NCBI GenBank assembly: GCA_964016885.1 | Contig: OZ024744.1 | Span: 123,380,001 to 123,444,000 of the forward strand | DNA length: 64,000 nucleotides | Source: Eledone cirrhosa | Taxonomy: Eukaryota | Direction: 5' to 3' | Shown: positions 41,008 to 54,349 of the stretch, piece after piece | Layout: every line of letters begins with the position of its first letter | Numbering within the stretch: position 1 is the first letter of the stretch | Made by a program: the position numbers and the translations under genes | Notes under the pieces: model-generated | What the model saw: the letters and a program-made list of their open reading frames with translations, nothing else | Told to the model about the DNA's origin: nothing | The model's database searches: none

Positions 41008-41877
41008 TATACCACTATTAACCGCTAAAGGGTTCTCCCTAAAAACGAAAGGCAGGTTGTATGATGCCTGCATACGAACAGCAATGTTGCATGGCAGTGA
41101 GACCTGGGCATTGTGTGCAGAGGATATACGCAGACTAGAGAGGACGAAGCTTGCATGCTCCACTGGATGTGTAATAGTAATATACGTGAACGGCAAAGCA
41201 TAAATGAACTAAGGACAAAATTAGAAATAAGAGGGATCAGATGTTGTTTACTCGAGAGAAGGCTACGTTGGTATGGACACGTGATGCGCATGAAAGTCGA
41301 TAGCTGTATAACAAAGTGCAGGGCAATAAAGATAGACGGTAGCCACGGAATAGGCAGACCTAGAAAAACCTGGGACGAGCTGATAAACTCCGACCTCACA
41401 CACTTACACCTCTCCAAGACAATGTCACTGGACTGAGACCTTTGGCGGTACTCAGTAATAGAGAAGACCCGCCTTACCTAAATACATAGTAAAACCTACT
41501 ACAGTCAGTAGGCATCTCTAACAAAATACACCCCCGTCCCACCACCCCCACCCATCCACACCGCCCCGCCCCCTTCTATGTAAAGTTATGCTGGTGCCAC
41601 ACCATCCAGGCCGAAACGAATGAGATCGTGTAGGTGTCACGACAAAAAAACACACAGTCCACGCTGTAATGTGGCCGTGTAGGCAACACGGTAAAAACCT
41701 CCCAGACCCACACTGTAAATGTGGTTGGTGTTAGGAAGGGCATCCAACTGTAGAAAACCTGCCAGACAGTCCTATGCGAGCAAGACAATCACTCTTGCCT
41801 CAAGTGGGAAAATCCCCGTCCAAACCCATGCAAGCGTGGAACACGGACGTTAAGCGTTGATGATGATGATGATGATG
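41008..41877 (+). mobile_element. RTE LINE 3' fragment, tandem to the previous copy
   Basis: Near-identical to 40040-40984, with a (GAT)n tail. Confidence 0.92.
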
Positions 41878-42301
41878 GTTCTCTCTCGTCTACGATTTCA
41901 CAGAACTTATGTTTACCGAATTCGCAGACCAGACCCCTTCTTCCTCCCGTTAGACCTGTGCGAAATTCCTTCCTTGCCCACATTTCAACCAGGTTTGATG
42001 GTCTTTATTCTCTCGTTCACCGAACTTAAATTCATAGAAATCTGGGACTTGTCTCCTTCTTCCTCACTTTCTGTTGCCTCACCATTTTGTTTGTTTACCC
42101 TCGTGTCCCCTTTATTTACGTGTCCCAACGACTTTTTTTAGCCGTTGCTCGCACCAACCGGAGGCATATGGTCTTTAAAGCGATGAAATGCCTATGATAG
42201 TTGGAAGATCACTGATGAAGGACTTACTTTTTCATATGCAACTCCACAGCGCCCTTATTATCATATATATACATACATACATACATACATACATACATAC
42301 A

Positions 42302-42349
<48 letters not shown>

Positions 42350-42351
42350 CA

Positions 42352-42404
<53 letters not shown>

Positions 42405-42880
42405 CATCATCATCATCATCATCAACGTTTAACGTCCGTGTTCCACGCTTGCATGGGTTTGGACGGGGGTAGTCCCACTTGAGGCAAGAGTGATTGTCTT
42501 GCTCGCATAGGGCTGTCTGGCAGGTTTTCTACAGTTGGATGCCCTTCCTAACACCAACCACATTTACAGTGTGGGTCTGGGAGGTTTTTACCGTGTTGCC
42601 TACACGGCCACATTACAGCGTGAACTGTCTGGCGTGTTTTCTACAGCTGGATGCCCTTCCTAACACCAACCACATTTACAGTGTGGGGCTGGGAGGTTTT
42701 TACCGTGTTGCCTACACGGCCACATTACAGCGTGAACTGTCTGGCGTGTTTTCTACAGTTGGATGCCCTTCCTAACACCAACCACATTTACAGTGTGGGT
42801 CTGGGAGGTTTTTACCGTGTTGCCTACACGGCCACATTACAGCGTGGACTGTGTGTTTTTTTGTCGTGACACATACACGA
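42405..42880 (-). mobile_element. RTE 3' UTR fragment with internal ~115-bp unit in three copies
   Basis: CTGTCTGGC..GGATGCCCTTCCTAACACCAACC..CACATTACAGCGTG is repeated three times. Confidence 0.88.
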
Positions 42881-42889
42881 TAGGTATAT

Positions 42890-42946
<57 letters not shown>

Positions 42947-42950
42947 TATA

Positions 42951-43291
42951 TGGAGGAACATGGCTCAGTGGTTAGAGCATTGGCCTTGCAATCGAAAGGT
43001 TGTGAGTTCAATTCTCAGACCAGGTGATGTGTTGTTTCCTTGAGCAAGATACTTTATTTCACATTGCTCCAGTTTACTCAGCTGTAGAAATGAGATGATA
43101 GGGACTGGGCTCCCTATCATTCCACTTCAAGGTGGTCGTGGAGGTGCCACAGCAAAAAAGCACCCACCACTCACTGTAAATGAGGTTGGTGTTAGGAAGG
43201 GCATCCAGCTGTAGAAATCAAGCCAGAATCAGTTCCCGTCCCACCCTTGCAAGCAGGGAAAAGCGGACGTAAAATGATTATGATGATGATG

Positions 43292-43292
<1 letters not shown>
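42951..43292 (+). mobile_element. SINE family A
   Basis: Full length from tRNA head to (TGA)n tail. Confidence 0.9.
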
Positions 43293-43354
<62 letters not shown>

Positions 43355-43362
43355 TATATATT

Positions 43363-43440
<78 letters not shown>

Positions 43441-44145
43441 TATATATATTGGTAAACGGAAAAGAAAATGCTGACAAATTGTTCACAGTGAAAAATAGTT
43501 TAATTAGGAATAAGTGAGAATTAGTAATAGTATTGGTTAGTATTCAGTTTTGGTTTTAAGTTTTGCCGGTTGCGCATTTCTAATGCTTTTCAAAAATAAT
43601 TTTGAGATAGAGCGTCCGTGATGTTTGCTCTAATCTGATTAGTTTTGGAAATTCTACCTGTTTTTATGTGAAAAAAGTGGCTCCAGCCATATTAAAATAA
43701 GTTTTGCGCCAATTCGTGTTGCAAAAATTCTTGTGATCAAAACAATTTTGATTGGTCGGTAGAGTACATGTGAATGTTAAAAATTGATTTTGCGCCTAAT
43801 GTAGGTTTGTGTAGGCTGATTGAGAAGTTACTGAAAAATAAGTCTTTCAAAACAAATATGTGTGTGTGTAGTAGTAGTAAAGAGGTTCGTTGTTGTGATA
43901 ATGCAGGGATGTTTGTGCGAACCGCAGCCTGTTGACAGTTCAAATGCCTATTAAGACAAGTGTGTGTGGGTGTAGCAGAGTAATTCGTGGTAGAGGGATG
44001 GTCAGTAGGAATGTGTCTGTAAGTGTGTGGGGGATATTTTAACATGTTAAAAGATATTTTTCAGCTCTTGTCTTATATGGAGAAGTGTGTGTGTGTGTAT
44101 ATGTCTCTTTGTATGTTAATGTACGCGTATGTATGTGTGTGTGTA

Positions 44146-44736
44146 TGCTTCCCTAGAACACATAGATATTACTCAATTTTTAATAGACATACTATAAAAT
44201 TAACTTATTCTTCCACCAAAAATTTAGCGCAAAATATTAATAGAATTAATAATAGAAATTTAAAACCTAACCAAAATACCAATAATAACCCAAGCAATAT
44301 TCAATCTGATAAATGTAACTGTAGAAATAAATCTAACTGTTCGTTAAATAACAAATGCTTAGCTAAAAATGTAGTATATAATTGTAATGTAAAAACTAAT
44401 TTAAATTCATTTAATTATGTGGGATCCACTTCCACAGAGTTTAAATCCCGCTTCAATAATCATAAAAATTCTTTTACAGATCCAAACAAAAAATCTTCAA
44501 CTTCTCTATCTAGCCTATTATGGGACCTCAAACTAGAGAACATTGAATATTCGTTGATTTGGAATATTATTTCAAAAGCTACTCCTTTTAACTCCGCTTT
44601 AGAAAATTGCGATCTTTGTATAGAGGAAATATTCTTTATATTAAAGACCAAAGATTCCCTGAACTTAAGGAATAATTTATTCAGTTGCTGCAGACATAGA
44701 TTAAACTCAACGTTTAAATATAAATTTAAAATGTAG
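44146..44736 (+). mobile_element. PLE (Naiad-type) linker + GIY-YIG endonuclease, uninterrupted reading frame
   Basis: CFPRTHRYYSIFNRHTIKLTYS..CNCRNKSNCSLNNKCL..VVYNC..YVGSTSTEFKSRFNNH..CDLCIEE..CCRH. The ORF-track N-terminus (44023-44145) is low-complexity flank. Confidence 0.9.
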
Positions 44737-45791
44737 TATATAATTAATTAATTTTATTAATATATGAAACCTGTCGATAAATCATTAGATTCCTTCATCT
44801 TTTTTGACCGATTAAACACTCAAGTATAAATAACTTTTCTTCCTAGATATGAATATATATATATAAATATAATAAACTATTCTAAAGAAATATATTGAGA
44901 GCTCTTGAAAGGAGAAAATATTTTCTATTTCTTATTTTTATTTTATATATATTTTTTTTAAATTATTTTTTATTGTTTCTTATGGTTTTTATTGTTTTCT
45001 TATTTTTCTTATTGTTCTGATAGCTTCTCCTATTTTCGAAAGTTTGTCCTTTCAAATTTTTGAGCTAAATATACGTAAGATAAATTTCTATACTAATTCT
45101 ATTAAACATACTATTATTTTGAAATTATAACTTAAAATATTCTATAATATTTTAAAATTGTATTGCTTTTAAAGTTATATTGCTTATAATTATATTTCCA
45201 AATTGTAATATAATCCTTTTGTATTTTATGTACTCAATTATACTATGTAATGTATTGATATATACTTCTCTCTATATGTGAGTATATATGTATATGTGTA
45301 TATTGATATACATCTACATATGTTCTATGTGTTTTTATGATTGTATGTCTGTCTGTATGTATATGTATGCGTGATGCATATCTACCTATTGGTTGAGGGT
45401 ACACACACATGTATGTATATGTATATGTGAGAATTATGTATGTGCATGTGCGTCGATACAATTTGATTGCACTTATGTATAATGATTATCCCAATGATTC
45501 CTGACAGATAGACATATAATTAACAGCCATAAATACATAACAGGTAATCTTATAAAACTTATATAAAAATTTTATTTAATAACATAAAGTGTGTATAACA
45601 TAAAATTTCCTTTAATATCTTTAAAATTATAACATTTTAAAGATTCCTATATCTTAAATTAAATTAAAGAATCCTTTATGCTTTGTGTCTATATATTATA
45701 TACGTAGTTAGATATGGTATGTATTTTATAAGTGTGTATATATATTTATATATATTTTTGCGTGTGTATACGTGTTATATAATATGTAGTT

Positions 45792-46140
45792 TGGAGGCAC
45801 ATGGCTTAGTGGTTAGAGCATTGGGCTTGCAATCGAAAGGTTGTGAGTTCAATTCTCAGACCGGGTGATGTGTTGTTTCCTTGAGCAAGACACTTTATTT
45901 CACATTGCTCCAGTTTACTCAGCTGTAGAAATGAGATGATAGGGACTGGGGTCCCTATCATTCCACTGTAAAGTGGTCGTGGAGGTGCCACGGCAAAAAA
46001 GGCACCCAGCACTCACTGTAAATGAGGTTGGTGTTAGGAAGGGCATCCAGCTGTAGAAATCAAGCCAGAATCAGTTCCCGTCCCACCCTTGCAAGCAGGG
46101 AAAAGCGGACGTAAAATGAAATGATGATGAATGATGATGA
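45792..46140 (+). mobile_element. SINE family A
   Basis: Full-length copy. Confidence 0.9.
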
Positions 46141-46241
46141 GTTTCTTAATGTATAGATCCCAATTTTTAATATATTGATCTCTATTTTTAAATGATTAAC
46201 TAAACATCTAATCATATTTAAACAATGATTAATTTCTCATA

Positions 46242-46277
<36 letters not shown>

Positions 46278-46320
46278 CACACACATATATATATATATAT
46301 GTATATATACATGTATATAT

Positions 46321-46379
<59 letters not shown>

Positions 46380-46382
<3 letters not shown>

Positions 46383-46726
46383 AGGTACATGGCTTAGTGG
46401 TTAGAGCATTGGCCTTGCAATCGAAAAAGGTTGTGAGTTCAATTCTCAGACCAGGTGATGTGTTGTTTCCTTGAGCAAGACACTTTATTTCACATTGCTC
46501 CAGTTTACTCAGCTGTAGAAATGAGATGATAGGGACTGGGCTCCCTATCATTCCACTTCAAGGTGGTCGTGGAGGTGCCACGGCAAAAAAGCACCCAGCA
46601 CTCACTGTAAATGAGGTTGGTGTTAGGAAGGGCATCCAGCTGTAGAAATCAAGCCAGAATCAGTTCCCGTCCCACCCTTGCAAGCAGGGAAAAGTGGTCG
46701 TAAAATGATGATGATGATGATGATGA
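46380..46726 (+). mobile_element. SINE family A
   Basis: Full-length copy inserted in (TA)n. Confidence 0.9.
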
Positions 46727-47019
46727 TATATATAAATATATATATATATATACATATATATATTATCTTCCATCAAAATAAAAAAAATAAGAAAAATTTT
46801 TTAAATACAAAAGTGACTAAATACCATATTGGGAGAAAATCAGTGACAGAAATATATGAATATTTATTTAAGCGACCACTAACCAGAAGTGTTGACATTT
46901 GAACATTTCAAAGAAGTGAATCTTTAAATAAGTAATAAAATATATTTAATGAACAGCCACGAAATTTAGTAGATAAATTATGTAATATTTATTCATTATT
47001 TATTCAAAGTAATTGGATT

Positions 47020-47308
47020 GGCAGTATTGGTAGAGGGTCGGACGCCATGCTTTGACGTATGGAGTTACGGCCCTTGCCATTCTGAGTTCAAATCCCGCCA
47101 AGGTTAACTTTGCCTTTCATCCTTACGGGGTTGATAAAATAAAGTACCAGTAATGCACTGGGTAATTGTTGGCCTTGTGCCTAACGTAGAAACAATTATT
47201 TATTCAAAGTAAGTTTACTTTGCCTTTCATCCTTACGGGGTCGATAAAATAAAGTACCAGTAATACACTGGGTAATTGCTGGCCTTGTGCCTAAAGTAGA
47301 AACAATTA
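47020..47308 (+). mobile_element. SINE family B: near full copy plus tandem 3' fragment
   Basis: B-box-like GAGTTCAAATCCCGCC, then TTTGCCTTTCATCCTTACGGGG..GTAGAAACAATTATT twice. Confidence 0.88.
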
Positions 47309-47541
47309 TTTATTCAAAGTAATCCAACTTATTTTACTAATGTGCCACCCTCCTTACTTTATTATAGTTTATATATATTTATATATATGTATGTGTAGGA
47401 AGAAGAAAGAGAAAGAAAGAAGAGCTTGTATTTACGTGAATTTAAAAAGAATTAACAGTTTGTAGGAATGATAGAATATGATTCCAGAATTTAAAAAAAA
47501 TATTTAGCTATATTACGAGTTATAATATCTATATATCTATA

Positions 47542-48302
47542 TCTATATATATATATATATATATATAAGCGAGGATGTGTGTGTGTCTGTGTACAAATTT
47601 GGACACCTACGGCTTTTACAATTCCCAAACGAATTTGACCAAATTTTCTGTGCACGTTGCACCTACCTGTCGCTAAGATGGTCAAATCACAAAACTTTTT
47701 AAAATCCACCCACGTTGAGCAATAAAAAATCGATAACAAAATTATTTTTTCTAAAGTGTATGATGTAAGGGAGATAACAATGAAGACAAAATCCTTATGG
47801 GATTTTCCATGCAAATTAAAAGTTGCAATTACTTTTACCTTTTTCGAGCTTTTTTTTACCAAATGTGAGGCAGGCATTGCCTATGCTGTCAAGGTAATAC
47901 AAGAAGATTATTTTTTCTAAAGTGTTTGCTGTAAGGGAGAAATCAATCTAAAAACAATCCTTAATGGACTTTCCATTCAAACTGTTGGGACCTACAACTT
48001 TTACATTTTTTAAGTAATTTCGTCCACATTTGAGGCAGGCATTATCTATGCTTCCAGGATATTGTGAATTTATTAAAAAAACTATTATTACAATGAAGAA
48101 ATCAGTTAAAACAAAATTTTCCTTCATTATCAGCAAAGTTTTATGTGTACAAAGATTGCACTAAATATTCATTTGCATTAATTATTGTAGACTTCTACTT
48201 ATTTTGACAGGGTTGGGGACAAATAATTTTCTTCTTTTACTTCCTAGCTGTATATTCTTAGCATAATTTCAAACCCCGGGCAACGCTGGGTAAATCTGCT
48301 AG
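47542..48302 (+). mobile_element. Non-autonomous Helitron
   Basis: 5' A|TCTATATA.. end, subterminal hairpin CCCGG-GCAACG-CTGGG, 3' CTAG|T. Internal ~160-bp direct repeat at 47740 and 47905. Confidence 0.8.
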
Positions 48303-48540
48303 TTATATATATATAATCAATTAGATTATATGAAGAATTATGGTTGTAAGTACATTTTATCTTATTACATTAGAACAGGTTGTAAGTATATAAATATCTA
48401 AATAGATTAAAAATTGTGCAAGTATAAGTATTATTGGTGATTTTATAGAAATAAACCACAATTATTAATTGTTTATATTTCTCATATGAGTTACGAAGGA
48501 TGTTGATTTTACATTTTACATACCAACAAATTAAATATAT

Positions 48541-48876
48541 CATCATCATCATCATCATTTTACGTCCGCTTTTCCCTGCTTGCAAGGGTGGGACGGGAAC
48601 TGATTCTGGCTTGATTTCTACAGCTGGATGCCCTTCCTAACACCAACCTCATTTACAGTGAGTGCTGGTTGCTTTTTTTCTGTGGCGCCTACACGTCCAC
48701 TTTACAGTGGAATGATAGGAACCCCAGTCCTATCATCTCATTTTTACAGCTGAGTAAACTGGAGCTATGTGAAATAAAGTGTCTTGCTCAAGGAAACAAC
48801 ACATCACCCAGTCTGAGAATTGAACTCACAACCTTTCAATTGCAAGCTTAATGCTCTAACCACTAAGCCATGAGCC

Positions 48877-48880
<4 letters not shown>
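48541..48880 (-). mobile_element. SINE family A
   Basis: Full-length copy. Confidence 0.9.
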
Positions 48881-48930
<50 letters not shown>

Positions 48931-48933
<3 letters not shown>

Positions 48934-50878
48934 TCATCATCATCATCATCACCGTTTTACGTCCGTTCTTCCACGCTAGCATGGGTTAGACGGGTTGTCC
49001 TGTTGTGGGCAGTGTCTGGTCGGCTGACCATGCCTTGCTCATACAGGAACTGATCTGGCTTGATTTCTACAGCTGGATGCCCTTCCTAACACCAACCTCA
49101 TTTACAGTGAGTGCTGGGTGCTTTTTCGTGGCGCCTACACGTCCACTTTACAGTGTGGGCTGGGTGCTTTTTTGCCGTGGCACCTCCACGACCACCTTGC
49201 GGTGGGGGGGGGGGGGCATATTGTTTATATGCTTCAGCATGTACCCATGGGAGGTCGGGTACCCTGTATTACTGCGTGACGCCAGAAGTCACGGTCGTGT
49301 GTCATTGACTTTGAGAGGTGTAGTTGGGTAAGGTCGGCTTTTATCACCTCATCCCAAGTCATCTTGGGTCTCCCCACTCCGCGGTTTCCATCAACTTCTA
49401 GTGCTCTGCACCTTTTTATGCAGCTGTCATCCTTCATACGCATCACATGTCCATACCAGCGTAACCGCCTCTCCTGCACGCAGCATTTGATTCCTCTTAT
49501 GCTCAGTCTCTCTCTCAATTCCTTTATGCTTTGTCGTTCACGTATATTACTGTTACACATCCATCGGAGCATGCAGGCTTCGTTTCTCTCTAATCTACGT
49601 AAGTCTTCCACCTTCAGCGCCCAGGTCTCACTACCATGCAACATCGCTGTTCGGATACACGCATCATACAGTCTGCCTTTCATTTTGAGGGAGAAGCCTT
49701 TTGCAGCTAGCAGTGGTAGTAGTTCCCTAAACTTCTTCCATCCCGTTCTTACATCTCTTGTGTACCCATTGTTTGCATTTGGGGCAGAGAATGGAGTTCC
49801 TACCTACACCTTTTCTACATACTGAGCAAGGCCATTTCCCTGACGGGATCTGGGTTCTGTTTTCTCGTCTACTTACAAGGACCTTAGTCTTTGTCATGTT
49901 GACTTTGAGACCCTTTCTTTCTAGTCCCTGCTTCCAAGTTTGGAATTTCTTCTCTAGTTCTACCATAGATTCAGCTATAAGTGTGAGGTCATCAGCATAC
50001 AGGAGTTCCCATGGGCATCCGGTCTTAAACTCCTCCGTTATTGCCTGCAGGACTGTGATGAACAGGAGGGGGTTAAGAACAGAGCCCTCGTGGACCCCAA
50101 CCTGTACGCTAAATTCCTCGCTATACTCATTGCTAATCCTAACTTTGCTGACTGCTCCCCTATACATGGCTTGTACCGCTTTCACAAGCCATTCATCTAC
50201 TCCTAGTTTTCTAAGAGCCCACCAGATTACAGCACGTGGAACTCTGTCAAAGGCTTTCTCAAGGTCGACGAATGCCAGGTAGAGTGGCTTACTTTTAGCT
50301 AGGTACTTTTCCTGTAACTGCCTCACAAGAAAGAGGGCATCAGTGGTGCCTCTTCCTGGTACAAACCCAAATTGCATCTCGTCTATATTCACCCGGTCCC
50401 TAATCAGCTGTGCTATAACTCTTTCTGTTACTTTCATGACCTGGTCCATCAACTTTATACCTCTATAGTTTCCTCTATCTAGTGCATCACCTTTACCTTT
50501 GTAGCAGTTGACAATGCTACTGCACCAATCTTTTGGTATGACACCTTCTAGTATTACCTGGCTAACAATACGTGTGGTTATAGTGTGAGATGCCTTCAGC
50601 ATCTCGGCAGCTATACCCGATGGACCGGTTGCCTTCCCCATCTTCATATCTTTGATTGCCTTACTTACTACGCTGCTGCTGACTTGTACTACTGGCCCAT
50701 CTATAGAGTCTACTTGGGGTAGGGTCTCTTCTTCCCATGCATTCTCCTCATTTAGTAATCTATCATAATGACTCTTCCATGCATCTTTCTTCTCAGCACT
50801 TGTGAGGGCAAACTCAACTTTATCATTCCGGATACACTTCTCTCCAATGACATCACAATTCTCTCTGACACACTGCCT
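48931..50878 (-). mobile_element. 5'-truncated RTE LINE (subfamily 2) with internal deletion
   Basis: ORFs 49727-50647 and 49234-49683 carry KATGPSG, FVDLEKAFD, YADD and RLRWYGHV. (CAT)n tail. Confidence 0.95.
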
Positions 50879-50879
50879 A

Positions 50880-51680
50880 GAGAGAGGGTCGCCGTCAAGG
50901 CGATAGAACTAACCGATAGAATACAGCATGGCAAAGTAGCCGATAGAATACAGCAACAATAATATTAATAATAATAGCCAGTCATGGCCTGTAGCCTTTG
51001 ATGGAAAAATAGACAGAGACAGAGTCAGCATGGTACAGGAAAAATAGACAGAGACAGAGTCAGCATGGTAGGAGAATAACAAAGTAAATGTGTTGTGGTA
51101 GCTGAAATACCTTCATAAAATTTGTATGGATGGATGATTGGAAAGAAGCTAAATCAACTCTAGTGATTCATTTTAGCCTTTCAGAATAGAGTGTCTTATC
51201 TCTTCAATAGCTTCAAGATGAGTGAGGTGGAATGGGTGAAGAGGGAACGGGAGGTAATGAGTGGCTTAGAGATAGATAGAGAGAGGGTAGCCATCATAGA
51301 GAGAGTGATAGAGAGAGGATCACCGTCAAGGCGATAGAACTAACCGATAGAATACAGCATGGCAAAGTAGCCGATAGAATACAGCAACAATAATATTAAT
51401 AATTGTTTCTACTTTAGGCACAAGGCCAGCAATTACCCAGTGCATTACTGGTACTTTATTTTATCGACCACGTAAGGATGAAAGGCAAAGTCATAATAAT
51501 AATAATAATAGCCAGTCATGGCCTGTAGCCTTTGATGGAAAACTAGACAGAGACAGAGTCAGCATGGTAGAGGAAAAATAGACAGAGACAGAGTCAGGTA
51601 GAGTCAGCATGGTAGGAGAATAACAAAGTAAATGTGTTGTAGTAGCTGAAATACCTTCATAAAATTTGTATGGATGGATG
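50880..51680. repeat. ~260-bp direct duplication (50880-51137 / 51311-51680); second copy interrupted by a SINE B fragment (51401-51492)
   Basis: CCGTCAAGGCGATAGAACTAACCGATAG..GTATGGATGGATGA is present twice. Confidence 0.85.
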
Positions 51681-52088
51681 ACTGTGTAATAGGTATAATT
51701 AAAAGCACAAATCACAAGCAAAGAAACACAGCGAAAGAAGTTATAAGCAAAGACAATTGGTGTACAATGCAGGAGTGAAAATGTTTATTTCAACTCTTTC
51801 CTCATACATGCATTATTGACTGTATTGACTCCTGCATTGTACACCAATTGTCTTTGCTTATAACTTCTTTCCCTGTGTTTTTTTGATGTGATTTTTTTTG
51901 CTTGTGCTCTTTACTTGTGCTCTTTACTATTACACTTTCAACCAGTGCTGCCTGTAATTGTGTTATTTCAAGCAGAACATCTTTTTAACTCCTGAGTCTC
52001 CACATGATGCCTTTGACACTAATAACAACTATGTACCCTAAATATTTTAAATGACTAGAATTTTAGTTACATGTTTCGACATTCCTTA

Positions 52089-52135
52089 TGCTCCGATGAT
52101 TCCAGACATCCATCTGGAAGAAACAATTGTCAGCA
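52089..52135 (+). ncRNA. Type I hammerhead ribozyme, U4>C core change
   Basis: TGCT-CCGATGA-TTCCAGA(catcca)TCTGGAA-GAAA-CAATTG-TC-AGCA. Palindromic stem III and GUC triplet. Confidence 0.8.
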
Positions 52136-52385
52136 AATAAATGTTCTAAACTAAAATTTGATCGTTTTAACACTTTGTATCTCGGCTCTGTAAAACACTT
52201 GAAAATTTGCATTGAGCCTTTTGTCATACCGGTAACCGACTAGTACTTAGTACTACCCTCCATATTTATAGTTATATCAAACATATATAAATATAAATAT
52301 TACTATATATATATCATGAAACAACTTGTCTAACCTATAGTAGTGTGGAAAATGGACGTTAAGCGATGATGATGATATATATATA

Positions 52386-54180
52386 TGTGCAGTAGCATCA
52401 TTGTCAACTGCTACAAAGGTAAAGGTGATGCACTAGATAGAGGAAACTATAGAGGTATAAAGCTGATGGACCAGGTCATGAAAGTAACAGAAAGAGTTAT
52501 AGCACAGTTGATTAGGGACTGGGTGAAACTAGATGAGATGCAATTTGGGTTTGTACCAGGAAGAGGCACCACTGATGCCCTCTTCCTTGTGAGGCAGTTA
52601 CAGGAAAAGTACCTAGCTAAAAGTAAGCCACTCTACCTGGCATTCGTCGATCTCGAGAAAGCCTTTGACAGAGTTCCACGTGCTGTAATCTGGTGGGCTC
52701 TTAGAAAACTAGGAGTAGATGAATGGCTTGTGCAAGCGGTACAAGCCATGTATAGGGGAGCAGTCAGCAAAGTTAGGTTTAGCAATGAGTATAGCGAGGA
52801 ATTTAGCGTACAGGTTGGGGTCCACGAGGGCTCTGTTCTTAGCCCCCTCCTGTTCATCATAGTCCTGCAGGCAATAACGGAGGAGTTTAAGACCAGATGC
52901 CCATGGGAACTCCTGTATGCTGATGACCTCACACTTATAGCTGAATCTATGGTAGAACTAGAGAAGAAATTCCAAACTTGGAAGCAGGGACTAGAAAGAA
53001 AGGGTCTCAAAGTCAACATGACAAAGACTAAGGTCCTTGTAAGTAGACGAGAACACAGAACCCAGATCCCCTCAGGGAAATGGCCTTGCTCAGTATGTAG
53101 GAAAGGTGTAGGTAGGAACTCCATTCTCTGCCCCAAATGCAAACAATGGGTACACAAGAGATGTAGCGGGATCTCAGGAAGCTTAATTAAGAATGTAGGC
53201 GTCACATGCAGCATCTGTACTGGGACAGCAAGCAGCAAACAGCCACAGGAAACAAGTACCACCAATCCCTGGGAGGGCTCTGTAGAAACAGTAGACAGCT
53301 TCTGCTACCTAGGTGACCGAATTAGCAGCGGAGGTGGGTGTTCAGAAAGTACAATAACTAGGGTAAGAACGGGATGGAAGAAGTTTAGGGAACTACTGCC
53401 ACTGCTAGATGCAAAAGGCTTCTCCTTCAAAATGAAAGGCAGACTGTATGATGCGTGTATCCGAACAGCGATGTTGCATGGTAGTGAGACCTGGGTGCTG
53501 AAGGTGGAAGACTTACGTAGATTAGAGAGAAACGAAGCCTGCATGCTCTGATGGATGTGTAATAGTAATATACGCAAACGACAAAGCATAAAGGAATTGA
53601 GAGAGAGACTGACCATGAGAGAAATCAAATGCTGTGTGCAGGAGAGGCGGTTGCGTTGGTATGGACATGTGATGCGTATGAAGGATGACAGCTGCATAAA
53701 AAGGTGCAGAGCACTAGAAGTCGATGGAAACCGCGGAGTGGGGAGACCCAAGATGACCTGGGATGAGGTGATAAAAGCCGACCTTACCCAATTACACCTC
53801 TCCAAGGTGATGACCTCTGTCGTCACGCAGTAATACAGAGTACCCGACCTCCCATGGGTACAAGCTGAAGCATATAGACAATATGCCCCCACACCCTCCC
53901 ACTGCAAAGTGGTCATGGAGGTGCCACGGCAAAAAAGCACCCAGCCCACACTGTAAAGTGGACGTGTAGGCACCACGGAAAAAAAGCACCCAGCACTCAC
54001 TGTAAATGAGGTTGGTGTTAGGAAGGGCATCCAGCTGTAGAAATCAAGCCAGATCAGTTCCTGTATGAGCAAGGCATGGTCAGCCGACCAGACACTGCCC
54101 ACAACAGGACAACCCGTCTAACCCATGCTAGCGTGGAAGAACGGACGTAAAACGGTGATGATGATGATGATGATGATGAT
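52386..54180 (+). mobile_element. 5'-truncated RTE LINE (subfamily 2)
   Basis: RT ORF 52385-53551 then 53555-53833 (CGA>TGA stop). The 3' UTR ends in a (GAT)n tail. Confidence 0.95.
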
Positions 54181-54349
54181 ATATATATATAATGGGTGTT
54201 GCCATCAACAAATTTCACTGATAAGGCATTAGTAAACCAGAAGCTTGATCCTTCAAAGTGGATTGAACACAGAGCCATGAGATTGTGAAGTTTCTTAACC
54301 TCACAGCCATTAGCATGCCATAATGACAAATAACATAAAAGACACTTAC

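Noticed and set aside
42170-42230. Type II hammerhead-like arrangement GAAA..TA-TGAT..ATCA-CTGATGA
   Set aside because: Stem II cannot form adjacent to GAAA and stem III is only 1 bp.
43192-43474. YI-repeat ORFs (also at 33565, 38439, 42188 and 46237)
   Set aside because: Translations of (TA)n and (TACA)n microsatellites.
45792-45865. tRNA gene
   Set aside because: A/B boxes are present, but there is no acceptor stem and it continues into the SINE body; six such heads occur in the window.
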